The position numbers and the translations under genes were made by a program. DNA of 62,936 nucleotides, filler included, from Reclinomonas americana ATCC 50394 (Eukaryota), in NCBI GenBank assembly GCA_048213135.1. It is 5 parts of 3 records of this genome, joined end to end, with 100 filler letters (N's around TTAATTAATTAA, not from the genome) between each part and the next. Parts side by side here need not be neighbours in the genome. Positions count along the whole stretch, not along the records: positions 1 to 17,848 come from PS015239.1; 4 more parts are not named here. One strand, 5' to 3'. The notes beneath the pieces were generated by a model. The model made no database searches and was not told where the DNA came from. It saw only the letters and a list, made by a program, of their open reading frames with translations. This document shows, in pieces, positions 1 to 10,435 of this stretch. The number at the start of each line of letters is the position of its first letter. The first letter of the stretch is position 1.

Positions 1-841
1 GCAAGTGCGACGGTACCCATCGAGTGGTCACACCGATGCGGTATTGTCTGTCGCTGTCACCACCGACTCCCAGTACTTTGTGAGTGGGAGCGCGGACACG
101 ACCGTGCGTGTGTGGACCATGGTGAATGGCAAGGCGGTGCGACGAATGGAGGGGCATACTCGCGCGGTGTCATGTGTCGCCGTCACCCCCGACGGTCAGC
201 AAGTGGTGAGCGGGAGTTGGGATGCGACCGTGCGCGTGTGGTCACTGGAGAATGGGAGAGAGGTGCGACGGTTGCAAGGAGACCCAAACGACAAGGTGAA
301 CTCTGTCGCCGTGACTCCGGACGGCCAACGCATTGTGAGTGGCCACCACTGGCGGTCACTCGTGTGGTCGCTGGCGAGTGGCGAGGAGCTGCAGCGGTTG
401 GAGGCATCGTGGAGGGTGCGCTCTGTCGCCGTCACCCCCGATGGCCAGCATATAGTTAGTGGGAGTGATGACTGTACTGTGCGACTTTGGTCGATGGAGA
501 CAGGGAAAGAGGTGCGACGGTTGGAAGGACACACTGGGCGCGTGAAGTGCGTCACAGTCACTCCCAACGGTCAGCACATTCTGAGTGGTAGCGACGATGA
601 TACGGTGCGAGTGTGGTCGTTTACGCCTTTTGACCATGCTCAGCAGGAGCTTGAGTGTGCTCGTTCGGCCTTGGACGTTGTGCAGGAGATTCTGGAGGAG
701 GAGGAGGAGGAGGAGGAGGAGGAGGAGGAGGAGGACTTCAATCGGCGTTGCCTGGTGGAGATCGTGCTGCGTTGCTTCTTGGTCGAAGAGGCGGAGGTTG
801 TTGTCTATCGTTGCTTCACGGACGACAGTTTCATTCTGTGA
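1..841 (+). CDS. WD40 array gene 1 (5' truncated by the window edge): WD40 repeats plus conserved C-terminal module
   Basis: GH..V.SVAVTPDG..IVSGS.D.TVRVW repeats, then ELECARSAL..VQE-polyE-DFNRRCLVEIVLRCFLVEEAEVVVYRCFTDDSFIL*. Confidence 0.9.
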   Translation, partial: QVRRYPSSGHTDAVLSVAVTTDSQYFVSGSADTTVRVWTMVNGKAVRRMEGHTRAVSCVAVTPDGQQVVSGSWDATVRVWSLENGREVRRLQGDPNDKVNSVAVTPDGQRIVSGHHWRSLVWSLASGEELQRLEASWRVRSVAVTPDGQHIVSGSDDCTVRLWSMETGKEVRRLEGHTGRVKCVTVTPNGQHILSGSDDDTVRVWSFTPFDHAQQELECARSALDVVQEILEEEEEEEEEEEEEDFNRRCLVEIVLRCFLVEEAEVVVYRCFTDDSFIL

Positions 842-898
842 CCTGCACGTTCTGCGAGAGGGAAAGGCGTGCAGTGAGCTCTTCTCTCTCTCTCTCTG

Positions 899-931
<33 letters not shown>

Positions 932-1144
932 CTCTCTCTCTCTCTCTCTGTCTCTGTCTCTCTCTCTCTGTTTTGATCTACGTTGCCAGATTGCCTCCCA
1001 CACACCTGCATTCTTAATGTACCCTACGATGAGGCAGCTGTGCAGTCTCGACGAGCGCTGCGAGTGCGTTACACCGAAGTCACAAAATCGTCCTCATCAT
1101 GGAGGACACACTCCCCCACACTCCCTCCTTCCCACGCCAGCAAC

Positions 1145-2230
1145 ATGTCCTCATCTCCTCCGTCGCTCCTGTGCAAGTTCTTGGAAGGATACACCGATAG
1201 CGTGCGTTCCGTCGCCATCACTCCCAATGGCCAACGCATTATCTGTGGTGGTGAGAACGCGTTGAGTGTGTTGTCATTGGCGAGTGGAAAAGTAGTGCAT
1301 TGGCTGCAAGGACACGGAAGAGGGGTGAACTCCGTCGCCGTCACTCCCGATGGTCAGCATGTTATCACTGGCGGTACTGACAAGACAGTGCGCGTGTGGT
1401 CACTGGCAAGTGGCGAGCAAGTGCGACGGTACCCATCGAGTGGTCACACCGATTCGGTATGGTCTGTCGCTGTCACCCCCGACTCCCAGTACTTTGTGAG
1501 TGGGAGCGCGGACGCGACCGTGCGTGTGTGGACCATGGTGAATGGCAAGGCGGTGCGACGAATGGAGGGGCATACTCGCGCGGTGTCATGTGTCGCCGTC
1601 ACCCCCGACGGTCAGCAAGTGGTGAGTGGCAGTCACGACACGACGGTGCGTGTGTGGTCACTGGAGAATGGGAGAGAGGTGCGACGGTTGCACGGAAACC
1701 GAAACGACAAGGTGAACTCTGTCGCCGTGACTCCAGACGGCCGACACATTGTGAGTGGCAGCGACCGGCTGTCACGAGTGTGGTCGCTTGCGAGTGGCGA
1801 GGAGCTGCAACGTTTGGAGGTACCTGTGTTCTGGGTGCGCTCTGTCGTCGTGACTCCCGATGGCCAGCATATTGTCGGCGGCAGTCATGACGGTACTGTG
1901 CGAGTGTGGTTGCTGGAGACTGGGAAAGAGGTGCGGCGGTTGGAAGGACACACTTTGCGTGTGAACTGCGTCGCAGTCACTCCCGACGGTCAGCGCATCG
2001 TGAGTGGCAGTTGGGACGAGACGGTGCGCGTGTGGTCAACGCCTTGTGGCCTTGCTCAGCAGGAGCTTGATTGTGCTCGCTGGGTGCTGGGTGTTGTGCA
2101 AGAGATGTTGGTGGACGAGGAGGACTTCAATCGGCGTTGCCTGGCGGAGATCGTGCTGCGTTGCTTCGTGGTCGAAGAGGCGGAGGTTGTTGTCTATCGG
2201 TGGCTCGCGGACGACAGTTTCATTCTGTGA
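1145..2230 (+). CDS. WD40 array gene 2, intronless, about 7 repeats plus C-terminal module
   Basis: ATG at 1145 (MSSSPPSL) matches the paralog N-termini; uninterrupted ORF. Confidence 0.92.
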   Translation: MSSSPPSLLCKFLEGYTDSVRSVAITPNGQRIICGGENALSVLSLASGKVVHWLQGHGRGVNSVAVTPDGQHVITGGTDKTVRVWSLASGEQVRRYPSSGHTDSVWSVAVTPDSQYFVSGSADATVRVWTMVNGKAVRRMEGHTRAVSCVAVTPDGQQVVSGSHDTTVRVWSLENGREVRRLHGNRNDKVNSVAVTPDGRHIVSGSDRLSRVWSLASGEELQRLEVPVFWVRSVVVTPDGQHIVGGSHDGTVRVWLLETGKEVRRLEGHTLRVNCVAVTPDGQRIVSGSWDETVRVWSTPCGLAQQELDCARWVLGVVQEMLVDEEDFNRRCLAEIVLRCFVVEEAEVVVYRWLADDSFIL

Positions 2231-2494
2231 CCTGCACGTTCTGCGAGAGGGAAAGGCGTGCAGTGAGCTCTTCTCCCTCCTCTCTCTCTCTCTGTCTGTC
2301 TGTCTCTATCTCTCTCTCTGTTTTGATCTACGTTGCCAGATTGCCTCCCACACACCTGCATTCTTAATGTACCCTACGATGAAGCAGCTGTGCAGTCTCG
2401 ACGAGCGCTGCGAGTGCGTTACACCGAAGTCACAAAATCGTCCTCATAACGGAGGACAAACTCCCGCACACTCCCTCCTTCCCACGCCGGCCTC

Positions 2495-3574
2495 ATGTCC
2501 TCCGCTCCTCTCCATTGCAAGTGCTTGCGTGGACACACTGGATTGGTGTCGTGCTTGGCCGTCACACACGATGGCCAGCACATCGTCAGTGGGAGCGGCG
2601 ACATGACCGTTCGCGTGTGGTCACTGGTGAGCGGCAAGCAAGTGCGACGATTGGAAGGGCACATCAATGGGGTGTCGTCAGTCGCTGTCACTCCCGATGA
2701 CCAACACGTTGTCAGTGGGAGCTTGGACAAGACGCTGCGCATGTGGTCAATGTCGAGCGGCGAGGAAGTGCGACGGATGGAGGGATATCTTCCCACGATG
2801 ATGATATCAGTGGCCATCACTCCCAACGGGCAGCGCATTATCAGCGGGAGCCGCGACAACAAACTGTGCATGTGGTCGCTGACAAGTGGCGCAGAAGTGC
2901 GTTGGCTGCAAGGTCACACCGGAAGAGTATTGGCAGTCGCTGTCACCCCCGACGGCCACCGCGTTATCAGCGGCAGTGAAGACACGACAGTGCGAGTGTG
3001 GTCTGTGAAGAGTGGGAAGGAGGTGCGACGGTTGCAGGGGCACACTGACTGGGTGACGTGCGTCGCCGCCACCCCCGATGGTCGACATGTGGTGAGTGGC
3101 AGTCACGACACGACGGTGCGTGTGTGGTCACTGGCAAGTGGAGCACAAGTGCGACAATTGGATGGACACACCGACGTGGTCTACTCGGTTGGCGTCACAC
3201 CCGATGGCCTGCTGATCGTCAGTGGGGGCGAGGACTCCACCGTTCGCATGTGGTCTGCAGCGACTGGGGAAGAGGTGCGACGGTTGGAGGGACACTCCGA
3301 TGTGGTTAATGCGGTCGCCGTCACTCCCGATGGTCAGTGCGTCGTGAGTGGGAGCGGCGACGAAACTGTGCGAGTGTGGTCGACACCTGGTGGCCTAGCT
3401 CGGCTGGAGCTGGAGTGTGCTCGCTGGGTGCTGGGTGTTGTGCAAGAGATGTTGGTGGACGAGGAGGACTTTGATCGGCGTCGCCTGGTGGAGATCGTGC
3501 TGCGTTGCTTCTTGGTCGAGGAGGCGGAGGTTGTTGTCTATCGTTGCTTCGCGGACGACAGTCTCCGATTGTGA
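2495..3574 (+). CDS. WD40 array gene 3, intronless
   Basis: 359-aa ORF, about 7 WD repeats, same C-terminal module. Confidence 0.92.
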   Translation: MSSAPLHCKCLRGHTGLVSCLAVTHDGQHIVSGSGDMTVRVWSLVSGKQVRRLEGHINGVSSVAVTPDDQHVVSGSLDKTLRMWSMSSGEEVRRMEGYLPTMMISVAITPNGQRIISGSRDNKLCMWSLTSGAEVRWLQGHTGRVLAVAVTPDGHRVISGSEDTTVRVWSVKSGKEVRRLQGHTDWVTCVAATPDGRHVVSGSHDTTVRVWSLASGAQVRQLDGHTDVVYSVGVTPDGLLIVSGGEDSTVRMWSAATGEEVRRLEGHSDVVNAVAVTPDGQCVVSGSGDETVRVWSTPGGLARLELECARWVLGVVQEMLVDEEDFDRRRLVEIVLRCFLVEEAEVVVYRCFADDSLRL

Positions 3575-3764
3575 ACTTGTTGGGAGAGAGCTCTCTCTCT
3601 CTCTGTCTGTCTCTTCATTCTCTTGCATGCGATTGCGTGGTTGCTGCAAAGTGTACCCTTCATAGTGCGCTATTATACATGCACGAAGACACGTCGCAAT
3701 TGACTCAAATAGTCCTCGCGATCGTCGTCGAGGACACACTCTTTTCTCCTCATATCACTCTCCC

Positions 3765-4841
3765 ATGTCCTCACCGCCTTCATCCCCCCCATGCATGTGC
3801 TTGCACGGACACATGTGGCACGTACTTTGCGTCGCCCTTACTCCCGATGGCCAGCACATCGTGAGCGGCAGTGCCGACAACAGTGTGCGCGTGTGGTCAC
3901 GCGACGAGGTGCGTCGCATGGAGGGGCACACCTCTCTGGTGATGTCTGTCGCCGTCACACACGATGGCCAGCACGTTGTCAGTGGGAGTGGCGACATGAG
4001 CGTGCGCATATGGTCGCTGGCGAGTGGCAAGCAAGTGCGACAGTTGGAGGGGCACACCGATGGCGTGCTGTCTGTCGCCATCACCCCCGATGACCAGCAC
4101 ATTGTGAGCGGCAGTGGTGACAAGACGCTGCGCGTGTGGTCGTTGAAGAGTGGCAAGCTAGTGCGGCGATTGGAGGGGCACACGTTTGCGGTGTGGTCTG
4201 TGGCCATTACTCCTAGCGGGCGGCACATTGTCAGCGGAGGTCTCGACAACACCGTACGCCTGTGGTCACTGGCACATGGCGCTGAGGTGTGGCGGCTGGA
4301 GGGTCACACGGGAAGAGTGTGGGCGGTTGCTGTCACCCCCGACGGGCGCTACATTGTCAGCGGCAGCGATGACAATACTGTGCGGGTGTGGTCTGTGGCG
4401 AGTGGCGAGGAGGTGCGACGGTTGCAAGGGCACACCGGCATTGTGCTGACTGTCGCCGTCACTCCCGATAGTCGGCACATTGTCAGCGGCAGTCACGACA
4501 AGACCGTGCGCGTGTGGTCACTGGCGAGTGGAGCAGAAGTGCGGCGGCTGGAGGGGCACACCGACGTGGTCTACGCGGTCGCCATCGCCCTCGATGGCCT
4601 GCGCATTGTGAGCGGGAGCCAGGACAAGACCATACGAGTGTGGTCGACTCCATACGGACTCGCCCTGAAAGAGCTCGATTGTGCTCGCTCGGCCTTGGGT
4701 GCGGTGCAGGAGATGCTGGAGGAGGAGGAGGGGGAATCGAATGTCTACTGCTTGGCAGAGATTGTGCTGCGCTGCTTCCTGGTCGAGGAGGCCGAGGTTG
4801 TGGCTCATCGATGCTTCACCGATGACCGACTCCGGTATTGA
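3765..4841 (+). CDS. WD40 array gene 4, intronless
   Basis: 358-aa ORF, about 7 WD repeats, same C-terminal module. Confidence 0.92.
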   Translation: MSSPPSSPPCMCLHGHMWHVLCVALTPDGQHIVSGSADNSVRVWSRDEVRRMEGHTSLVMSVAVTHDGQHVVSGSGDMSVRIWSLASGKQVRQLEGHTDGVLSVAITPDDQHIVSGSGDKTLRVWSLKSGKLVRRLEGHTFAVWSVAITPSGRHIVSGGLDNTVRLWSLAHGAEVWRLEGHTGRVWAVAVTPDGRYIVSGSDDNTVRVWSVASGEEVRRLQGHTGIVLTVAVTPDSRHIVSGSHDKTVRVWSLASGAEVRRLEGHTDVVYAVAIALDGLRIVSGSQDKTIRVWSTPYGLALKELDCARSALGAVQEMLEEEEGESNVYCLAEIVLRCFLVEEAEVVAHRCFTDDRLRY

Positions 4842-5029
4842 CGTCGACTCAGCGAGACAGTTTGTTTGTGTTCTTCTGTCGCACTGTCGCCTGCGTCTCA
4901 AGAGATGGCTGTGTAGTAAACGAGTGACTTCAATAATAGGCGCCACGCGAAACCCGAGGACAATCACTCAGTGTCCCGTCAAAACACTTTCGTCACTCTT
5001 GAGCACGAGCACGCAATCACACGCTCTCC

Positions 5030-6121
5030 ATGTCCGCAGCTCCTCCATCGCTCCCATGCATATGCCTGTGCAGCCACAATGAGGACGTGATGTCGATGTC
5101 TATCGCCATCACCTCCGACAGCCAGCAGATTGTGAGTGGCAGCAACAGCAACGCAGTGCGCGTGTGGTCACTGGCGAGTGGAGAAGTGGTGCAACGGTTG
5201 GAGGGGCACACTCACTACGCATGGACGGTCGCTGTCACACCCGATGGTCAGCACGTTATCAGTGGGAGTGCCGACAACACTATGCGAGTGTGGTCACTGG
5301 CGGCGGGCAGAGAAGTGCGACGGCTGGTGGGTCACACGAGTTCTGTGATGTGTGTTGCTGTTACGCCCGACGGCGAGCACGTTGTCAGTGGGAGCAGTGA
5401 CAAGACTGTGCGCGTGTGGTCCATCAAGAGTGGCAAGGAGGTGCGAAGATTCGATGGGCACACTGGCAAGGTGCAATCGGTCGCTGCCACTCCCGACGGT
5501 CTCCGCGTGGTGAGTGGGAGTTGGGACAAGACCGTGCGCGTGTGGTCGCTGGCGAGTGGAGTCGAAGAGCGGCGACTGGAAGGGGACTCGTCGATGGTGG
5601 TGAGTGTCGCCGTCACTCCCGACAGCCAGTTTGTGGCGAGTGGGGGTATGGACAAAGTTGTGCGCGTGTGGTCGCTGACGAGCGGAGAAGAAGTGCGACA
5701 GCTGGTGGGGCACGCCGACAGCGTTTGGTGTGTTGCTGTCACGCCGGATGGCCAGCACTTTGTCACTGGAAGCGGTGACGCCACTGTGCGCGTGTGGTCG
5801 GTGGCGAGTGGTGCGGAGGTTCGACGGCTGGAGGGACACACTGGGTTGGTCACCTGCGTTGCCGTCTCTCCCGACGGTCACTACATTGTGAGCGGGAGCA
5901 AGGATACCACGATGCGAGTGTGGGCGATGCCGCGTGGTCTCGCCCGCCGAGAGCTCGACTGTGCGCGTTCGGCGATGCGTGCAGTGCAGGAGATGGTGGA
6001 GGAGGGCGACGGTGACGAGGAATCCGGTCGGCGATGCCTACCGGAGGTCGTCCTTCGCTGCTTCTTGGTCGAGGAGGCGGAGGTCGTTCTGTTTCGATGC
6101 TTTGCCGGTGCAAGCCTCTGA
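5030..6121 (+). CDS. WD40 array gene 5, intronless
   Basis: 363-aa ORF; module variant RRCLPEVVLRCFL. Confidence 0.92.
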   Translation: MSAAPPSLPCICLCSHNEDVMSMSIAITSDSQQIVSGSNSNAVRVWSLASGEVVQRLEGHTHYAWTVAVTPDGQHVISGSADNTMRVWSLAAGREVRRLVGHTSSVMCVAVTPDGEHVVSGSSDKTVRVWSIKSGKEVRRFDGHTGKVQSVAATPDGLRVVSGSWDKTVRVWSLASGVEERRLEGDSSMVVSVAVTPDSQFVASGGMDKVVRVWSLTSGEEVRQLVGHADSVWCVAVTPDGQHFVTGSGDATVRVWSVASGAEVRRLEGHTGLVTCVAVSPDGHYIVSGSKDTTMRVWAMPRGLARRELDCARSAMRAVQEMVEEGDGDEESGRRCLPEVVLRCFLVEEAEVVLFRCFAGASL

Positions 6122-6351
6122 CTTTGATGACGTCTTCTCTCTCTCACACTTTCTATCTCTTCCTGGTTTCGATTTGGTTTCTGCCTCTTCACTCTCTTGC
6201 CGTGCTTTGCCAGATTTCATTTCCCGTTCCAGTGTATCGAATTATATTATGAGCACTTCTACCGTCGCCTCCTTCGTGGTGAAGTTCGCAATATCGTCCC
6301 TTTGGGGAGGACACGCCACGCCACGCCTCTTCGCACAATACGCACGCCAGC

Positions 6352-7431
6352 ATGACCTCTGCCCCTCCCTCTCTCCCATGCGTGTGGTTGCGTAGGCACA
6401 CTCACGCTGTGGCTTCTCTTGCCATCACACCCGACAACATGCACGTTGTGTGTGGCCGCAACGACCACACCATTCGAATGTGGTCACTGGCGAACGGGGA
6501 GGAAGCGCGACAGATGGAGGGACACGTACACACCCCCTTTTCGATCGTTGTCACGCCCGACGGTCAGCACGTTATCTGCGGAAGCCAGGAGACGAGCATT
6601 CGCATGTGGTCGCTGGCGACGGGAGAAGAAGTGCGACGACGGTTGGTGGACGATACGTCGACGCAGGTGTGCGTTGCAGTTAGCCCCGACGGCGAGCACG
6701 TTGTCTGCGGGAGCTATAAGACTGTGCGACTGTGGTCACTCCAGAGTGGCAAGGAAGTGCAGCGATTTGAGGGACACACTGCCAGGGTGTCGTCTGTCGC
6801 TGTCACTCCCGACGGTCAGCATGTGGTGAGTGGGAGCTTTGACAAGACCGTGCGTGTGTGGTCGCTGTCGAGCGGAGTCGAGGAGCGACGGCTGGAGGGG
6901 CACGCTTCTGCAGTGGTGTCCGTTGCCGTCACTCCCGATGGTCAGCACGTGGTGACTGGAAGTTGGGACCGCACCGTGCGAGTGTGGTCACTGGCGAATG
7001 GCGAGGAGGTGCGGCGGTTGGAGGGACACGCCGGCAAGGTGTCGTCGGTCGCTGTCACTCCGGATGGCCAGCACTTTGTCACTGGAAGCGGTGACGCCAC
7101 TGTGCGCGTGTGGTCGGTGGCGAGTGGTGCGGAGGTTCGACGGCTGGAGGGACACACTGGGTTGGTCACCTGCGTTGCCGTCTCTCCCGACGGTCACTAC
7201 ATTGTGAGCGGGAGCGAGGATACCACGATGCGAATGTGGGCGACGCCGCGTGGTCTCGCCCACCGAGAGCTCGACTGTGCGCGCTCCGCCTTGCATGCCG
7301 TCCAGGAAATACTGGAAGTTGGCAAGGACGAGTCCGATGGGCGCTGCTTGGTAGAGATCGTCCTTCGCTGCTTCTTGGTCGAGGAGGCGGAGGTCGCCCT
7401 GTTTCGATGCTTCACCCATGCCAGTCTCTGA
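6352..7431 (+). CDS. WD40 array gene 6, intronless
   Basis: 359-aa ORF, WD repeats plus module. Confidence 0.92.
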   Translation: MTSAPPSLPCVWLRRHTHAVASLAITPDNMHVVCGRNDHTIRMWSLANGEEARQMEGHVHTPFSIVVTPDGQHVICGSQETSIRMWSLATGEEVRRRLVDDTSTQVCVAVSPDGEHVVCGSYKTVRLWSLQSGKEVQRFEGHTARVSSVAVTPDGQHVVSGSFDKTVRVWSLSSGVEERRLEGHASAVVSVAVTPDGQHVVTGSWDRTVRVWSLANGEEVRRLEGHAGKVSSVAVTPDGQHFVTGSGDATVRVWSVASGAEVRRLEGHTGLVTCVAVSPDGHYIVSGSEDTTMRMWATPRGLAHRELDCARSALHAVQEILEVGKDESDGRCLVEIVLRCFLVEEAEVALFRCFTHASL

Positions 7432-7662
7432 TTTGTTCTTGTTGATGATTCTCTCTCTCACAAGCTTTCTCGTTTTGATTTGGTTTCTGCCTCTTCTCTC
7501 TCTTGCCGTGCTTTGCCAGATTTCATTTCTCGTTCCTGCCAGTGTACCATACGCATGAAACCTCCACAAGTGATATGTTGCGACGATTGCCAGCCTCTTG
7601 GAAGTTCGGAAAAATAGTCCCCTTCGCAGAGGACACACCACGCCACGCCTCTACACGCCAGC

Positions 7663-8754
7663 ATGACTTGTGCTCTTCCGTCACTCCACGACAAGTATTT
7701 CTACGAATACACCGCCTACGTCATGTGCGTGGCCATTACACCCGATGGCCGGCACATTGTGACTGGCAACGGTAATCACACAATGCGCGTGTGGACGATG
7801 ACGACTGGGCATGGATCGCAACTGCTGGAGGGACACGCTGCGCCGGTTACATCCGTTGCAGTCACTCCCGACAGTCAATACGCCGTGAGCGGGAGTGGCG
7901 ACAAGACCGTGCGAGTGTGGTCACTGGCGAGTTTGGAGGAAGTGCGACGGCTGCAGGGGCACACTACTCATGTTGTGTCTGTGGCCGTCACCCCCGACGG
8001 GCAGCACATCGTCAGCGGCAGTGAGGACAGGACCGTGCGAGTGTGGTCACTGGCGAGTGGAGAAGAAGTGCGACGGCTGGAGGGGCACTCTGACAGGCTG
8101 TGCGCTGTTGCCGTCGCTCCTGATGGTCTGCACATTGCTAGTGCGAGTGATGACGAGACTGTGCGTGTGTGGTCGTTGGCAAGCGGTGGAGAAGTGCAAC
8201 GATTGCAGGGACATGATCGCAGAGTGCTTGCTGTCGTCTTCACTCCCGACAGTCAGCACGTTGTGAGTGGAGGTCAAGACCAGACGGTGCGCGTGTGGTC
8301 GATGAAGAGTGGAGATGAAGTGCGACGGATGGAAGGGCATACGGGGTGGGTGCGTAGTGTCGCCGTCACTCCCGATGGTCGGCACGTAGTGAGCGGCAGT
8401 CACGACAAGACGGTGCGCATGTGGTCTCTCGACAGTGGCGAGGAGGTGCGACGATTGGTGGATCACTTTGACGCAGTTTTCTCTGTCGCCGTCAGTTCCA
8501 ACGGACAGCACATTGTCAGTGGCAGCATAGACAAGACTGTGCGGGTGTGGTCGTCGCAGTGTGGTCTCGCTTGCCAGGAGCTCGACGGCGCACGTTTGGC
8601 GATGCGTGCAGTGCAGGAGATGGAGGAAGAGGAGGAGGAGGAGGAGGAGGCGAATCGGCGCTGCCTGGTGGAAATCGTTCTGCGCTGTTTCTTGGTCGAG
8701 GAGGCCGCGGTTGTTGTCCATCGCTGCTTCGCCGATGACAGACTGCGACTGTGA
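7663..8754 (+). CDS. WD40 array gene 7, intronless
   Basis: 363-aa ORF, WD repeats plus module. Confidence 0.92.
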   Translation: MTCALPSLHDKYFYEYTAYVMCVAITPDGRHIVTGNGNHTMRVWTMTTGHGSQLLEGHAAPVTSVAVTPDSQYAVSGSGDKTVRVWSLASLEEVRRLQGHTTHVVSVAVTPDGQHIVSGSEDRTVRVWSLASGEEVRRLEGHSDRLCAVAVAPDGLHIASASDDETVRVWSLASGGEVQRLQGHDRRVLAVVFTPDSQHVVSGGQDQTVRVWSMKSGDEVRRMEGHTGWVRSVAVTPDGRHVVSGSHDKTVRMWSLDSGEEVRRLVDHFDAVFSVAVSSNGQHIVSGSIDKTVRVWSSQCGLACQELDGARLAMRAVQEMEEEEEEEEEANRRCLVEIVLRCFLVEEAAVVVHRCFADDRLRL

Positions 8755-8942
8755 AGAAGAAGAAGAAGAAGAGAAAAAGTGTAAAGAGCAGGGTTACGTA
8801 TCTTTTCTTCTCTTTCCCCAATATACCGTACGTCTCGACGAGGGGTGGAAGTCGTAAAGAGTGTCCCCGTCGCAAAGGACACGTGTTGTCATTCATCCGT
8901 CTCATCTGCGCGTACACACTCCACTTTTCCATTCCCCGCCTC

Positions 8943-10249
8943 ATGTCCTCAGCTCCTCCATCTCTCCCGCACAAGTGCTTCCGTGGACACACCGGCTTCG
9001 TGCATTCCATCGCCGTGACTCCCGATGGCGAGCACGTCATCAGTGGAGGTGAGGACAAGACCGTGCGTGTGTGGTCTCTGGCGAGTGGGGAAGAAGTGAG
9101 ACGATTGGAGGGACACACAAGCTGGGTGCTCTCTGTCGCTGCCACTCCTGATGGTGTGCACGCAGTGAGTGGGGGTGACACAACTGTGCGTGTGTGGTCA
9201 CTGGCAAGTGGCGAGGAGGCGCAAAGGATGGAGGGTCACACAGAAGCGGTGTACTCAGTCGCCGTCACTCCCGACGGTCAGTACGCGGTGAGTGGGAGTT
9301 CGGATGACACTGTGCGTGTGTGGCTACTCGTGAGTGGCGAGGAAGTGCGGCGGATGGAGGGACATGATAGATCTGTACTGTCTGTCACTGTCACTCCCGA
9401 CAGCCAGCACGTGGTGAGTGGCAGCTATGACAGGACTGTGCGAGTGTGGTCACTGGCGAGTGGGAGGGAGGTGCAGCGATTGAAGGAGGAAGACATTTGG
9501 GGTGTGCACTCAGTTGCCATCACTCCCGATGGCCGAGACATTGTCAGCAGCAGTGGCCATGTATATGGTGGCGACGTCGTGGTGTGCGTGTGGGCGTGGG
9601 CGAGCGGAGAGGCGGTTCGACGATTCGANNNNNNNNNNNNNNNNNNNNNNNNNNNNNNNNNNNNNNNNNNNNNNNNNNNNNNNNNNNNNNNNNNNNNNNN
9701 NNNNNNNNNNNNNNNNNNNNNNNNNNNNNNNNNNNNNNNNNNNNNNNNNNNNNNNNNNNNNNNNNNNNNNNNNNNNNNNNNNNNNNNNNNNNNNNNNNNN
9801 NNNNNNNNNNNNNNNNNNNNNNNNNNNNNNNNNNNNNNNNNNNNNNNNNNNNNNNNNNNNNNNNNNNNNNNNNNNNNNNNNNNNNNNNNNNNNNNNNNNN
9901 NNNNNNNNNNNNNNNNNNNNNNNNNNNNNNNNNNNNNNNNNNNNNNNNNNNNNNNNNNNNNNNNNNNNNNNNNNNNNNNNNNNNNTCAATCGCCGTCACT
10001 TCTGACGGCCAACACATTGTAAGTGGCAGCTACGACAGTACGGTGCGAGTGTGGTCGACCCCCTGCGGTCTCGCTTGCCAGGAGCTCGCCTGTGCGCGCT
10101 CGGCCTTGCATGTCGTGCAGGAGATGTTGGAGGAAGAGGAGGACTTTGATCGGCGGTGCCTGGTGGAGATCGTGTTGCGCTGCTTCTTGGTCGAGGAGGC
10201 CGCGGTTGTTGTCCATCGCTGCTTCACCGATGACAGCCTTCGATTGTGA
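8943..10249 (+). CDS. WD40 array gene 8 (interrupted by N gap 9629-9985)
   Basis: ATG 8943 MSSAPPSLPHKCFRGH; last WD repeat and module follow the gap. Confidence 0.8.
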
Positions 10250-10435
10250 ACAAGAAGAAGAGAAAAAGTGTAAAGAGCAGGGTTACGTATCTTCTCTTCT
10301 CTTTCCCCAATGTACCGTACGTCGTAATGGTCTCGACGAGGGGTGGAAGTCGTAAAGAGTGTCCCCGTCGCAAAGGACATTCACACCGTCCGTCTCCTCT
10401 GCGCGCACACACTCCACTCTTCCATTCCCCGCCTC

